A stretch of 64,000 nt of DNA from Candidatus Yanofskybacteria bacterium CG10_big_fil_rev_8_21_14_0_10_36_16 (GTDB lineage: Bacteria > Patescibacteriota > Minisyncoccia > 2-02-FULL-40-12 > IGHO2-01-FULL-4-A): positions 17,842 through 81,841 of the forward strand of contig PCXQ01000004.1 of NCBI GenBank assembly GCA_002794035.1, read 5' to 3'. Positions 48,323 to 58,200 of this stretch are shown here, one piece after another (position 1 is the stretch's first letter; each line of letters starts with the position of its first letter). The notes below the pieces were generated by a model. It was not told the origin of the DNA, searched no databases, and saw only the letters and a program-made list of their open reading frames with translations. Both the position numbers and the translations under genes were made by a program.

Positions 48323-48949
48323 TTAGTCCATGCTTAATATCATATTCTGATTACGTCTTAATGATTCCAAAAAACTATTCATTTTTACTGCAAACTCATA
48401 TGCCAAATCTGTTCCTAGAATTAAATCTATTACCCAAACAAAACCATAACTCATTGCGGCTACTACCGAAGTGTCTACAGCCAAATTTCCCAAAGAACTT
48501 GTTTGGCACTTTTTAATATTGCCACGCATTGTGTTAATTGATATTAAAACTTCGGATTTAATATCATCAATTCTTTCTTTTGGGAAATCTTCTTTAAAGC
48601 TAGGACTAGCATTTAAGGAATCATAATTATCATAGATGTAATTAATTCCTTCTTCCCAATAATCACAAAGGAGAGATAAATCACTTATGATTTTTCTTAA
48701 AATTTCTTCTGGTAAATCACATGCGTTTAACATTAAAATGGTTTCAAGAAATAGAATTGTTGCCTTAGCATCAATCATTTTATGCATCATTGCCTTATCT
48801 TTTGCAGATAAATTAAGGTTAGAATTTTTAATAATTCCTTCCAATAATTCTTTGCCAGCTTCTTTGTATGAAAGAATAAGCGCTTCATTTAATTCCCTTT
48901 CTCCATCAAAATTGTTAAAGAATATTTCATTCATTCTTGTTTCGGTCAT
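48323..48949 (-). CDS. Hypothetical protein (208 aa)
   Basis: ORF only. Confidence 0.35.
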   Translation of the reverse strand: MTETRMNEIFFNNFDGERELNEALILSYKEAGKELLEGIIKNSNLNLSAKDKAMMHKMIDAKATILFLETILMLNACDLPEEILRKIISDLSLLCDYWEEGINYIYDNYDSLNASPSFKEDFPKERIDDIKSEVLISINTMRGNIKKCQTSSLGNLAVDTSVVAAMSYGFVWVIDLILGTDLAYEFAVKMNSFLESLRRNQNMILSMD

Positions 48950-49071
48950 GGCTTATCCCGCCTTATTATTATAAAGTTCCTGCTCTTACAATACAGATAG
49001 TTCTGTATAAATTCAAGTCATTGAAAATTATTGTTATAATAAATTTATGGAGTATAATTTTTAAATTAGGC

Positions 49072-50238
49072 ATGGATAATTTTATAAACAAAATAAAAAA
49101 GGTTCGCCCCAGTGAAATTAAAGGGTTTGTAATAAAATATGAAAAACCCCTTTCTTTCAGCGCTATGGTTTTAGGTTTTGTTATTGATGTCCTTACATTA
49201 ACAAGGGTTGATCTTTGGTTGGATAACCTTATCTTGCTTTCATACTTAGCGCTTTCAGGCATTATAATAATCCTTCTTAACAGTTTTTATGTTGGCAAAC
49301 TAAGACATTGGATATGGCAAAAATTAATTCCATGGGCACCTATTGGTCTTCAATTTGCCTTCGGCGGACTATTCAGCGGATTTGTTGTTCTTTATTCAAG
49401 AAGCGCTTCTCTTTCGGCGAGCTGGCTCTTCTTAGCAATAATGGCATTTCTTCTAATTGCCAATGAATTTTTTGAAAAAAGATATCATAAACCAACCTTC
49501 CAGCTCTCAATTTATTTCATAGCTATATTTTCTTATCTTATTTTTGCTGTCCCTGTTTTGATAAATAAAGTAGGAGCACTAACCTTTTTATTAAGTGGCT
49601 TTACTTCTCTATTCATTATTACCATAATTTTGCGTTTAATAGCTATATTTTCAGGACAAAAATTTTTCCCAAACCTTCGCAAAAATTCGGGAGTTTTAGA
49701 CATCAACTCACTAAACTCAACGAGCTGGCGCTCAGCATGGGTATCGGTTTTTTCTATTTATGTAGCATTTAATATCTTCTATTTCACAAGCATAATACCG
49801 CCAATTCCTCTATCTCTTAAAGATAAGGTTGTGGCCCATAGCATTCAAAGAACAAGCGAAGGCTATAGAGTTGTATATGAACCAGCTCCTTGGTATATGT
49901 TTTTTAAGGGTTTTAATAATGAATTTAATTATACAGAAGGTAATCCAGTATATATATTTAACTCTATCTTTGCACCAGCAGACATAGAAACAGAAGTTAT
50001 ACACGAGTGGCAAAATTACAATAAAGAAACAGGCAAATGGGAAACAGCCGGCAAAATTCAATATCACATATCTGGAGGACGCGATAAGGGATACCGAGGA
50101 TTTTCATTAAAAACAGGGGTTTGGCCCGGCAAGTGGCGCGTAAATGTAAAAACAAAAAACGGCCTCCTCTTGGGACGCATTAAATTTAAAATTGTTGAGG
50201 CAAAAGGACCGTTTGATTTAATTTCTGAAATAAGATAA
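49072..50238 (+). CDS. Polytopic membrane protein with a C-terminal soluble beta-rich domain, hypothetical
   Basis: ATG at 49072 (MDNFINK...). Six or seven TM helices followed by a roughly 130-aa domain. Confidence 0.45.
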   Translation: MDNFINKIKKVRPSEIKGFVIKYEKPLSFSAMVLGFVIDVLTLTRVDLWLDNLILLSYLALSGIIIILLNSFYVGKLRHWIWQKLIPWAPIGLQFAFGGLFSGFVVLYSRSASLSASWLFLAIMAFLLIANEFFEKRYHKPTFQLSIYFIAIFSYLIFAVPVLINKVGALTFLLSGFTSLFIITIILRLIAIFSGQKFFPNLRKNSGVLDINSLNSTSWRSAWVSVFSIYVAFNIFYFTSIIPPIPLSLKDKVVAHSIQRTSEGYRVVYEPAPWYMFFKGFNNEFNYTEGNPVYIFNSIFAPADIETEVIHEWQNYNKETGKWETAGKIQYHISGGRDKGYRGFSLKTGVWPGKWRVNVKTKNGLLLGRIKFKIVEAKGPFDLISEIR

Positions 50239-50275
50239 AAAACAGACCCCTTATTACACAACCTGCTTGGTAATA

Positions 50276-50303
50276 AAAACCCCCGCCAAGGCGGGAGTTT
50301 TTT
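50276..50303 (+). terminator. Intrinsic terminator AAAACCCCCGCC-AA-GGCGGGAGTTTTTT
   Basis: GC stem plus a T-run after the 49072..50238 gene. Confidence 0.7.
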
Positions 50304-50319
50304 ACATTTAGTTTATTTT

Positions 50320-50859
50320 TTAATTAAAAACTCTTGCTAACAAATCAAATAATTTAGTACTCTCAACTCCTGATGCTTGCACAAGAATTGCAACTGTATA
50401 TCCCGCGGCAACAGATAAAAGGGTTCCTAAACGAAAAACTTCTGAGGATGCGGATTTTTTGGCGGCAGGATTGTCATACATATCTCCATGGCTATCCGTT
50501 ACCTTGAAACCGCCAAGCGCCTTAACCACAAGCCAGGCAGCAAGAAGAATCATTTGATTAAAAACAAAAACAAAAGCGTAAAATAAAATTTCAAAAAGTC
50601 CCACAAGACGCTTTAATTTGCTATAACTTGGGTGTTCACTGACAAAACTCTCCCCTGTGCCTGACTCTCTGTGCCACTTATCTGTTAATGCGGCAATAAT
50701 CCAATTCACAGACAAGGCAAGGGCAATAGCTGAACCCAGCAAATAAAGACGATCGTAAAAATAAGCCAAAGCCAAAAACAAACTAAATAAGTGAAATGAT
50801 ACCAAAATAGTAATCAACCACATTATGTAATTTTGAATTGTTTTTTCATTATTAGACAT
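50320..50859 (-). CDS. Membrane protein (179 aa), hypothetical
   Basis: Multiple hydrophobic helices. Confidence 0.4.
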   Translation of the reverse strand: MSNNEKTIQNYIMWLITILVSFHLFSLFLALAYFYDRLYLLGSAIALALSVNWIIAALTDKWHRESGTGESFVSEHPSYSKLKRLVGLFEILFYAFVFVFNQMILLAAWLVVKALGGFKVTDSHGDMYDNPAAKKSASSEVFRLGTLLSVAAGYTVAILVQASGVESTKLFDLLARVFN

Positions 50860-50964
50860 GACTATACAGACTTATCACTTATATTTTTTTAAGTCAAATA
50901 AAAATATGTTGACACCAAAATTAAAAAATGTTCACCATAATAAACATCCATTACCATTCCTGCA

Positions 50965-51000
50965 TTTCGTACTTATGTGCGGTCGCACATAAGTACGAAA
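50965..51000. terminator. Perfect 17-bp inverted repeat TTTCGTACTTATGTGCG-GT-CGCACATAAGTACGAAA (terminator or operator)
   Basis: Seen directly. Sits between two minus-strand genes. Confidence 0.5.
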
Positions 51001-51003
51001 ACA

Positions 51004-52674
51004 TTAGAGTGTTTTTGAAAATTCAATTTTGTTTAAACGTCTAGGAGCAAAATACATCATGGCAACAACGGCAACAAAAGACATACTTACAAATATCCAA
51101 AACGGCATGACCGAACCATTCAAAAGATCAAACAGCACTCTTGCTCCAAAAGCACCATAACCTAATGATACAAAAATAAACCCAAGACCTGGTGCTGAAG
51201 TGCTTAATGATTCAGCATCATCTGTTTCAAAATTAGGGAAAATTGCTCCAAGCGATAAACCCAGGGTAGTCAGAAAAACGATAGCCAAAATAGCCAAACC
51301 AAAAAAGAAAATCTCTCCAGAAATCGGTAAATCAATTATGGATAGATTTATAAACGCCCCCACTGTTCCCACAACACTAAAACTTACTGTATAAAAAAGC
51401 CACTTAGCCTTAAATAAACTCTTTAAATTTAAAGGAGAAGAAGCTAGGATCCAAGCAGTTTTTCTTTCAGTACTAAATGAAGGAAAGGCAAAACGTAAGA
51501 CAAAAGCTGCTACAAAAAACATTGCCGTAGCAAATTGTATAACCTGCAAAAACTCAGGGGTAATATCTAAACGTCCGCCAAATTTTAATGCTTCTTTGGC
51601 AACAAAATTATTAAGTCCAGTTTGTAAAAAAAACAAAACCGCAAAAAACCCAAACCATAAAACATTTTTCATAGTACGAGCATTAACTAAAACTTCTTTT
51701 TCAAAAACAGCACCTAGAGGACTCTTGAAAAATCTTGGAAATTTTGCAGGTTTATTTCTTGAGTGCCCTGATGAACTTGCTACATAATTGCCTTCCTGAA
51801 GTTTCTGCCACAACTCCAAATGCCACCTTGAGAAAATCAAGAATAAACCTCCAGATATTGTAGCAATAAATGCAGTCGCCAAAAGCCAAATAAAAGAATT
51901 TGCGGTTTCACCATATTGAGACATCCATACCGAAAGCGCCGGCAAATGACTGGGTAGAACCTGAAATGTTTCCTTAATTACCCCTGTGCCAACTTCCTGT
52001 TCAATATCCGCAACTTGAAAATAATCCCTAACACTAAAGTCTGTTATATGCTGCCAACTAACCCAGAGACTAAATACAAAAAATATAGCTATTAGCCCAA
52101 TAAGGATACCAAATTTAATTTTACCCTTTGCAAAAAAATTATAAATTTTAGCTAACAACATCACAGAAGCCAAAGCCAAGCCTGCAACAAAAGCCACAAA
52201 TAGCAAAATAGCAAGCCCTGCAACAAAAACACTAAAAAACCCGATGGTGGGAAAGGATGTTTTCATAGCTAAAAGCACCGGCAAGCCAATTATAAAAAAG
52301 GGCCACAAAGATGTCAGAATCGTTCTTAAATAAGAATACTCGGGAACAATATCATAATGAGGCGATGCCATAATCCACCGGTTGTCACGGCTTGATTTAA
52401 ACAGTAAATATGTTCCGCTTATTAATGAGCTGAAGAATACAAGGTATCCTATAAAAAGCAGGAACATTTCATAAACATAAAGAGTGAGCGCAGAAGTGAG
52501 CAAAGAATCATGCAAGGTAAATCTAAAAATTTCTTTTAAAAACGAATAAATACCAAAACCGACACCGGCAAAAAGCAACAAAAACAAAAAAACAGTTGCT
52601 AATTTTGCAAAACGATTTTTTTCAAAATGCCGCTTTATACGATTTATGTGGTAAGAAAATAGTACGGTTAACAT
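51004..52674 (-). CDS. Large polytopic membrane protein, probable ABC-2-type exporter permease partner of the adjacent ATPase
   Basis: About 12 TM helices. Gene is immediately downstream of the ABC ATPase on the same strand. Confidence 0.45.
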   Translation of the reverse strand: MLTVLFSYHINRIKRHFEKNRFAKLATVFLFLLLFAGVGFGIYSFLKEIFRFTLHDSLLTSALTLYVYEMFLLFIGYLVFFSSLISGTYLLFKSSRDNRWIMASPHYDIVPEYSYLRTILTSLWPFFIIGLPVLLAMKTSFPTIGFFSVFVAGLAILLFVAFVAGLALASVMLLAKIYNFFAKGKIKFGILIGLIAIFFVFSLWVSWQHITDFSVRDYFQVADIEQEVGTGVIKETFQVLPSHLPALSVWMSQYGETANSFIWLLATAFIATISGGLFLIFSRWHLELWQKLQEGNYVASSSGHSRNKPAKFPRFFKSPLGAVFEKEVLVNARTMKNVLWFGFFAVLFFLQTGLNNFVAKEALKFGGRLDITPEFLQVIQFATAMFFVAAFVLRFAFPSFSTERKTAWILASSPLNLKSLFKAKWLFYTVSFSVVGTVGAFINLSIIDLPISGEIFFFGLAILAIVFLTTLGLSLGAIFPNFETDDAESLSTSAPGLGFIFVSLGYGAFGARVLFDLLNGSVMPFWIFVSMSFVAVVAMMYFAPRRLNKIEFSKTL

Positions 52675-52694
52675 TATATTTTTTATTTAACTTT

Positions 52695-52821
52695 AAAATC
52701 CAAAACTCAAAATCCAAAATCTAAACCAATTATTAAATCCCGATAATTAAAAGGAATTTATTTTTTTAAAAATTTTTGGCTTTAGATTTGGTTGGAATTT
52801 TGGGCTTTGAATTTTGGATTT
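52695..52821. repeat. About 40-bp imperfect inverted repeat built from tandem AAAATCCAAAA(C/T)TC units, flanking a 50-nt A/T spacer between the ABC ATPase and permease genes
   Basis: Left arm at 52695-52727, right arm at 52778-52821. The reverse complement of the right arm aligns to the left arm. Confidence 0.5.
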
Positions 52822-52831
52822 ATAGCCAAAT

Positions 52832-53554
52832 CTATTTTGTCAACCTACTATAAACATCTTCCAGAGTTGCCTCTTCCCCCAAAACAGCCTTGCTTCTTAA
52901 TTCAGACATTGTTCCAACTTCAAGCAATTTTCCTTCTTTTAATACCCCTATTCTAGAAGCAATATTTTGAGCTACAGTCAACGTGTGAGTAACCACAAGA
53001 ACAGAACCTCCTTTGTCAGCATATTCTTTTAATTTTTGTTGCGCTATTTTGGCGCTTTCAGGATCTAAGCCCACAATTGGCTCATCAATTAGTAAAAGTT
53101 TTGGATTATGAAGCAATGCAGCAAGCACTGTAAATTTTTGTTTGTTCCCTCTTGAGTAATTCTCAAAATAATCACCCTCTATCCCCTCAAGATTAAAAAT
53201 TGATAATAATTCAGGTATCTTAGCTTCCTGTTCATGTTCGGGTACTCCGTATAAAGTCCCTATAAAATACAAAAACTCCTCACCAGTAATAGAAGGCCAG
53301 ACAGAAGGCTCATCGGGTATATAACCCTCTAATGATTTTGCTTCCTCCGGCTCCGCAACTATATTGTGTTCTCCCACCAAGATGTTCCCAGAGTCAGGCC
53401 TTAAAAGACCTGCGATACATTTAGTAATAGTAGTTTTTCCGGAACCATTTGGACCAATAAGCGCAAATATTTCTCCTTCTTTTATTTCAAAGTCTATATT
53501 GCCCACGGCAATTTTTTCCCCAAATTTTTTAGTTAAGTTTTTTACTTTAAGCAT
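52832..53554 (-). CDS. ABC transporter ATP-binding protein (ABC-2 exporter type)
   Basis: Walker A GPNGSGKTT, Q-loop, signature YSRGNKQK, Walker B LLLIDEPIVGLD. Confidence 0.85.
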   Translation of the reverse strand: MLKVKNLTKKFGEKIAVGNIDFEIKEGEIFALIGPNGSGKTTITKCIAGLLRPDSGNILVGEHNIVAEPEEAKSLEGYIPDEPSVWPSITGEEFLYFIGTLYGVPEHEQEAKIPELLSIFNLEGIEGDYFENYSRGNKQKFTVLAALLHNPKLLLIDEPIVGLDPESAKIAQQKLKEYADKGGSVLVVTHTLTVAQNIASRIGVLKEGKLLEVGTMSELRSKAVLGEEATLEDVYSRLTK

Positions 53555-53648
53555 AAGCTAAATAATAACACATTAACCCGATATATAATATCAACAAAAA
53601 CAGCTCCGCAAAACGGAGCCGTTTTAATACTTATTCAAAAATATTTCC

Positions 53649-53894
53649 TTATTGGTCGCTATTTCTTATAGCAGCAAATATCAAATCAGCCAATTCTTGA
53701 GGAGTGGTGCTATCTGTGTAATCAACATCGTATTTATCTGCTATTTCCCTTAGTGTATTTATTGACTCTGTACTTCCTGACTCTACTAATTCGCTTATAT
53801 AATCTTGGCTGGGTTCGCCAAACTCATCAAGCCATTCACTTGCCTCCTCAATTGGTTTTTCTGTTTCTTCAATTGTTTTATTATTTTCGTCCAT
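53649..53894 (-). CDS. Small acidic protein (81 aa) with a Rho-N/SAP-like C-terminal helix-extended-helix
   Basis: INTLREIADKYDVDYTDSTTPQELADLIFAAI. Weak resemblance only. Confidence 0.3.
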   Translation of the reverse strand: MDENNKTIEETEKPIEEASEWLDEFGEPSQDYISELVESGSTESINTLREIADKYDVDYTDSTTPQELADLIFAAIRNSDQ

Positions 53895-53960
53895 AATTTA
53901 ATGATAACAAACCTTATTTTAAATTCAAGAGATGAATCTGTGATGAAAATTTAAAAAGTT

Positions 53961-55268
53961 TTATAAACTGTTTGCAAAGTCCCTAATCCAATTCTCGTTT
54001 GTTGCACCTGTTGGATATGAATTAATTTCAGTCCAGTTAACAGGGGCAATTTGTTTTTCTGCAAGACCAATCTGGCTTAGTAATTGATCAGATACAAAAT
54101 ATTTTATTCCGCCATCCAAAAAGTAAATCTTGCGAGGCCATATACCCTCAAGATAAATAAATTTATTATCAGGAAAACTATAAACAGAACCCGTAGCGCC
54201 AGGTGGTACAACCAAAACGTCTCCCCACTCATTTCCGTATGAAAGAAAAACTTGTTCGTTAGGAACATGACGTTTTAATCCTTTTTCGGTAACATAATAA
54301 ACCTTATAATCATTTTGAACTCTAACTAAGCTACCCAATGGTATGTCCACAGTTAAAGAACCCTTGATGGCAGAAGCCGAAACTGATTGCTCAACGCCCA
54401 AAACCTTACAATAAACAGGATCATTGCAATTTATTGGCCCCCAAACGCCGTCTGTGTCCCTCTCTAAATCTCTTCTGTCAGGATTTTCTAATTGTACCGC
54501 TAATATATATCCAAATCCTCTAATGTTTTCTAAGGCGCCTGTAACACTTTTATAATCATAATCAATTATTGACCCGTCTATGGCAGGAATTGAGGCAGGC
54601 ATTTTACTAATATATTGTCTGCCTGAACTATTTTTTCTTGTTAAAACATTTCCTAATTCTCTCCATCTAATATCCGGATTTACCCCGTTAACTATCGGGT
54701 AATTTCCCTTATCATTAAAGTAATATCTCAATGCTGAAGCAACCTTATTAAGGTCTGAAATTCTCCTGCTGTCATTTTTGTCTTTAAGGCGGTCTCCACC
54801 TTCTCTAAAATTTAAGGTTATAGATTCAATAAAAGGACTTTGACTATCATTTGAAGGTCTGGTTAAAACAGCAGCCCACCTAAGCTCTCTGCCTGATGTT
54901 TGAAATTGACTTAAATATCCCGGGATAAGCTGTATCCAGGAATCTCCCCCGTCATTGCTAGCAAAGTAAACTATTCTAGAACCTCCGGGCAATGAATGTG
55001 CCGCACTCATAGAAATATTGGTGATATCATAACTTGTACGTCTAACATTTCTAGACTCAACACGGGAAGCCGAGGATTCATCTGCAATAAAAATACGCCC
55101 GCTTCTTATTTCTGCAGTAGTAACATCAGGGTTAATATTTCGTGTGCTATCAAAAGTATCAGTAAACACAAAGCTTTCCGCAACTAAAGAAAGCGGGAAA
55201 AAGCTTAAAAAAGCCAATGAGATCAATAATGTTGTAGATAAAATCTTGTTCATAATCTTATTATACAT
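53961..55268 (-). CDS. Secreted/cell-surface hypothetical protein with an internal pilin-like motif
   Basis: Signal peptide/TM at the N-terminus. Internal RISDLNKVASALRYYFNDKGNYP resembles the conserved post-helix region of CPR type IV pilin-like proteins. Confidence 0.4.
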   Translation of the reverse strand: MYNKIMNKILSTTLLISLAFLSFFPLSLVAESFVFTDTFDSTRNINPDVTTAEIRSGRIFIADESSASRVESRNVRRTSYDITNISMSAAHSLPGGSRIVYFASNDGGDSWIQLIPGYLSQFQTSGRELRWAAVLTRPSNDSQSPFIESITLNFREGGDRLKDKNDSRRISDLNKVASALRYYFNDKGNYPIVNGVNPDIRWRELGNVLTRKNSSGRQYISKMPASIPAIDGSIIDYDYKSVTGALENIRGFGYILAVQLENPDRRDLERDTDGVWGPINCNDPVYCKVLGVEQSVSASAIKGSLTVDIPLGSLVRVQNDYKVYYVTEKGLKRHVPNEQVFLSYGNEWGDVLVVPPGATGSVYSFPDNKFIYLEGIWPRKIYFLDGGIKYFVSDQLLSQIGLAEKQIAPVNWTEINSYPTGATNENWIRDFANSL

Positions 55269-55425
55269 CTTAAATTATATTTAGTCAATATAGAGATAAT
55301 AATATTTTTTTTAAAAACATTTTAAAAAATCCGCACTTTTGATGCGAATTTGGGTAGCATTCTTTAATAATGGGACATATCGTATAAACTCATTAATCCC
55401 AAATAACTTAAATTGTGTTTTTAAA

Positions 55426-56601
55426 TCAGTAAGCCGCTACAAGAGGAACATCGTCTCCCGATGGATAATAATCTAACTCTTCTTGAGTAACTGTATAAAT
55501 TTCATCCGAATCCCAACCAAAATAACCCCAAGCACTTAAACAATTTGAAACAGAACAATTCATCCTGTGTTTAACCCATTGATTATCTATTTCATAAACC
55601 GTTCCATTTATATTGTTATCCCCCGGCGGCAAAACAACCCATTTAGATTTTAAATACCCATCAAGAATTCCATCGGATACAATTTTTATACCTTCTTGAG
55701 AAATATTCGGATACCATTGGCTTATTTTTTCAACAGGTACTTTCCGTCTATACTTTTTATCCGAAACATTTTTGATTATATAGACATCTGAGCTTGAATT
55801 TTCTCTGACCAAATCCCCGCTCTTTAAATCGCTCTCGGATATCAGTGGCGTAGAATGCACGGCAAACTGTGTGCCTATTTCAGCAAAATCATAAACCTTT
55901 TTTGAATCTCCTTCATAAAGGCGGATACATCCTCCTGAGTATTTAGTTTCAATACGTTTTCCACCCGGCCAATAAGGCCACTCGTGTATAAAGTAATCCC
56001 CCTCAAATTGCATACTCCAAGGCATCCAAACATGTGATAAACTAGAAAAATGATTTGTTTCTTTTGTTTTAATACTAAAATTTCCCTGAATTGTAGGTGA
56101 AGTAGCTGGATTACCCTTGCCGGCAATTTTAAAAGTTTCAACTACTTTACCGTTTTGATACAAAGTCATAGTCATTGTTTGAAGATTTGCTTCTATAAAC
56201 TTGCCTTCAAGGGGAATGCCGTTAATCTTATTAGGCAATGGAATATTTTCATCAACCATCACAAAATATTCTTTTGCTATCGGCATAATAAGACCAAGGC
56301 CATATGTGGGCAACCCAACATTAACCTTATAGCTCATTCCGGGTTCAAATCCTTTTCGGGGCAAAAAGTGTAATTCCCTAAAATCATCTATCCAAACCAG
56401 TTCTCCATCAATAACAGGATTGATACTAAAAGAATTAATCGCCATATCTTTGTCTATCCACTTTGGCAACTTAATAATAATTTGATCACCTGTTTCAGGC
56501 GAAGAAAAATAATCAACTCTAACAAAGCTGTCAAAAAACAAAACTCCCACCGCAACGGCGGAGAATACCACAACCACAATTACTATCAAACCCTTGTACA
56601 T
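55426..56601 (-). CDS. L,D-transpeptidase (YkuD) domain protein
   Basis: N-terminal TM helix. Catalytic HVWMPWSMQF...SGGCIRL, the conserved His and Cys motifs. Confidence 0.65.
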   Translation of the reverse strand: MYKGLIVIVVVVFSAVAVGVLFFDSFVRVDYFSSPETGDQIIIKLPKWIDKDMAINSFSINPVIDGELVWIDDFRELHFLPRKGFEPGMSYKVNVGLPTYGLGLIMPIAKEYFVMVDENIPLPNKINGIPLEGKFIEANLQTMTMTLYQNGKVVETFKIAGKGNPATSPTIQGNFSIKTKETNHFSSLSHVWMPWSMQFEGDYFIHEWPYWPGGKRIETKYSGGCIRLYEGDSKKVYDFAEIGTQFAVHSTPLISESDLKSGDLVRENSSSDVYIIKNVSDKKYRRKVPVEKISQWYPNISQEGIKIVSDGILDGYLKSKWVVLPPGDNNINGTVYEIDNQWVKHRMNCSVSNCLSAWGYFGWDSDEIYTVTQEELDYYPSGDDVPLVAAY

Positions 56602-56671
56602 ATCGTTATAATAACAAAAAAACCCTCATCTTTTAAGACAAGGGTTTTCTTTTGATTAGTAAACTATATTC

Positions 56672-57430
56672 TTAAAAATATATTTCTATATCTGCTCCTT
56701 CTTCCAACTGGTCAATTGTTGAAGCCAATATTTGATTTAATTTCTGATTTTCTATGTATCGGACTATATCTTCTCTTACATCTTCAAGAGGCGGGGCTTC
56801 AGCACCTTGGGCTTTCAACTGTTCATAAAAAGCGTTTACCTCTTCTTCTGAAGCAGTTAGCTCTTCTCCTGAAATCTGTTTTATATACTCTTGAGCAGTT
56901 AGCTGGTTTTTAATATTTGACTTAAACTGTTCTTCGCTTACGTTATTATCTGAAAGGAGTTTATTGAATGCTTCTTCACCGCCGGCGTTTTCCATGGCAT
57001 CGTTAAAAAATGTATCTACATCTTCCTGAGAAATTTCAATTCCTTTTTTTTCTGCTTCCTGCAAAACCAAACGTTCTCTTATTAGTCCTCTCAAGGTCTT
57101 ATCCTTAGCTTCTTTAACTTGCTCTTCATTTGTTGTATCTAAACCTTGGCTTTCTAGCGTGGCTAGAGACTGGCCATATCTTAACTCAAGTTCGCTAATT
57201 TTTATTTTTTCTCCATTAATCTCGGCTGCCACTCCTGATATTTTGTTAACAAAGTTGGATATATCGCCAAGATTGTCTGCCTGGGTATAAGCCAATGCAC
57301 CAGCAATAAGAATCACCACAAGAACTAGCGTATAAACCCAAGGCTTTGCCCTCTTCTTCTTAGATTTTTTTTGAGGCTCATCTTCCTCTAATTCTTCTGT
57401 TTCTTCTAATGTTTTTTCTTCATCTGACAT
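56672..57430 (-). CDS. SurA N-terminal-domain (PpiD/PrsA-like chaperone) membrane-anchored protein
   Basis: Acidic N-terminus, TM helix, then AAEINGEKIKISELELRY, typical of the SurA_N chaperone domain. Confidence 0.5.
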   Translation of the reverse strand: MSDEEKTLEETEELEEDEPQKKSKKKRAKPWVYTLVLVVILIAGALAYTQADNLGDISNFVNKISGVAAEINGEKIKISELELRYGQSLATLESQGLDTTNEEQVKEAKDKTLRGLIRERLVLQEAEKKGIEISQEDVDTFFNDAMENAGGEEAFNKLLSDNNVSEEQFKSNIKNQLTAQEYIKQISGEELTASEEEVNAFYEQLKAQGAEAPPLEDVREDIVRYIENQKLNQILASTIDQLEEGADIEIYF

Positions 57431-57552
57431 AATTTATAGATTAAATTTGAACACAAATTTAATAATTAAATTGTTTATTAGTTTTCAAATTATTTCACAA
57501 AACAAAAACAAATGCAAACGCCAGAAATGCTCACCCTGTGCATAATTAAATC

Positions 57553-57611
57553 CCCACACTCATCCGCAACAACTCAAAGTTGAGTGTCGGGACTAATACA
57601 TGAGTGTGGGG
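57553..57611. promoter_or_regulatory. Structured inverted-repeat element CCCCACACTCAT...ATGAGTGTGGGG with a nested ACTCAAAGTTGAGT palindrome
   Basis: A 12-bp perfect inverted repeat separated by 35 nt containing a second palindrome. Intergenic between two minus-strand genes. Confidence 0.45.
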
Positions 57612-57638
57612 ATAAAAGGTCCAGTCAAGGCTGGGCCA

Positions 57639-58082
57639 TTAGTCCAAAATCACATCTTTCGGAAAATTTCTCATTTTTTCAAGTAATTCCCTTGCCTTGC
57701 CGCACTGTATAAGATCGCTAGGGTCTATCCTTGTTCTTCCTGTTGAATCAATATAAATAGGTGCGAAAGGCGGTATATCTCCTCTTTTTATGTCTTTTGC
57801 AAACTCTTCTCTATCTAACTGATATTCATGGAATCTAACCTTCTCTTGAATTTCTGAATCAATTAATCCAACCCCAAAAATAATAAAAATTATTAAACCA
57901 GCAAGAAATATGGACCCTGCTTCTTTAAACAAATGAATACACAAAAAAACAAATAACAACGCAATAAAATACAACATCAATAATGAACCGAAGGATTTAA
58001 GATGATAAACAATCCTTCTTTTTAATGAACGTCTTTTCCGCCAATATTCAAATGCGTCAATGCTCTTCTTTTTTTTGCCCAT
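57639..58082 (-). CDS. Membrane protein (147 aa from the ATG at 58082), hypothetical
   Basis: MGKKKKSIDAFEYW... with two TM helices. Confidence 0.4.
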   Translation of the reverse strand: MGKKKKSIDAFEYWRKRRSLKRRIVYHLKSFGSLLMLYFIALLFVFLCIHLFKEAGSIFLAGLIIFIIFGVGLIDSEIQEKVRFHEYQLDREEFAKDIKRGDIPPFAPIYIDSTGRTRIDPSDLIQCGKARELLEKMRNFPKDVILD

Positions 58083-58200
58083 ATCTGCCTCCAAAATTCT
58101 AAATTTTATCAACGAACTAAAGACATAGTAACACAATATCAGCATTTTTATAAAGAGTTCGGAAAATTAAAAGCCCCTAATAAAACGAGGCTCAGAAATA

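Noticed and set aside
49021-49050. TTGAAA...TATAAT promoter upstream of 49072 gene
   Set aside because: Spacing between the hexamers is only about 8 nt, so it is not a functional sigma70 promoter as read.
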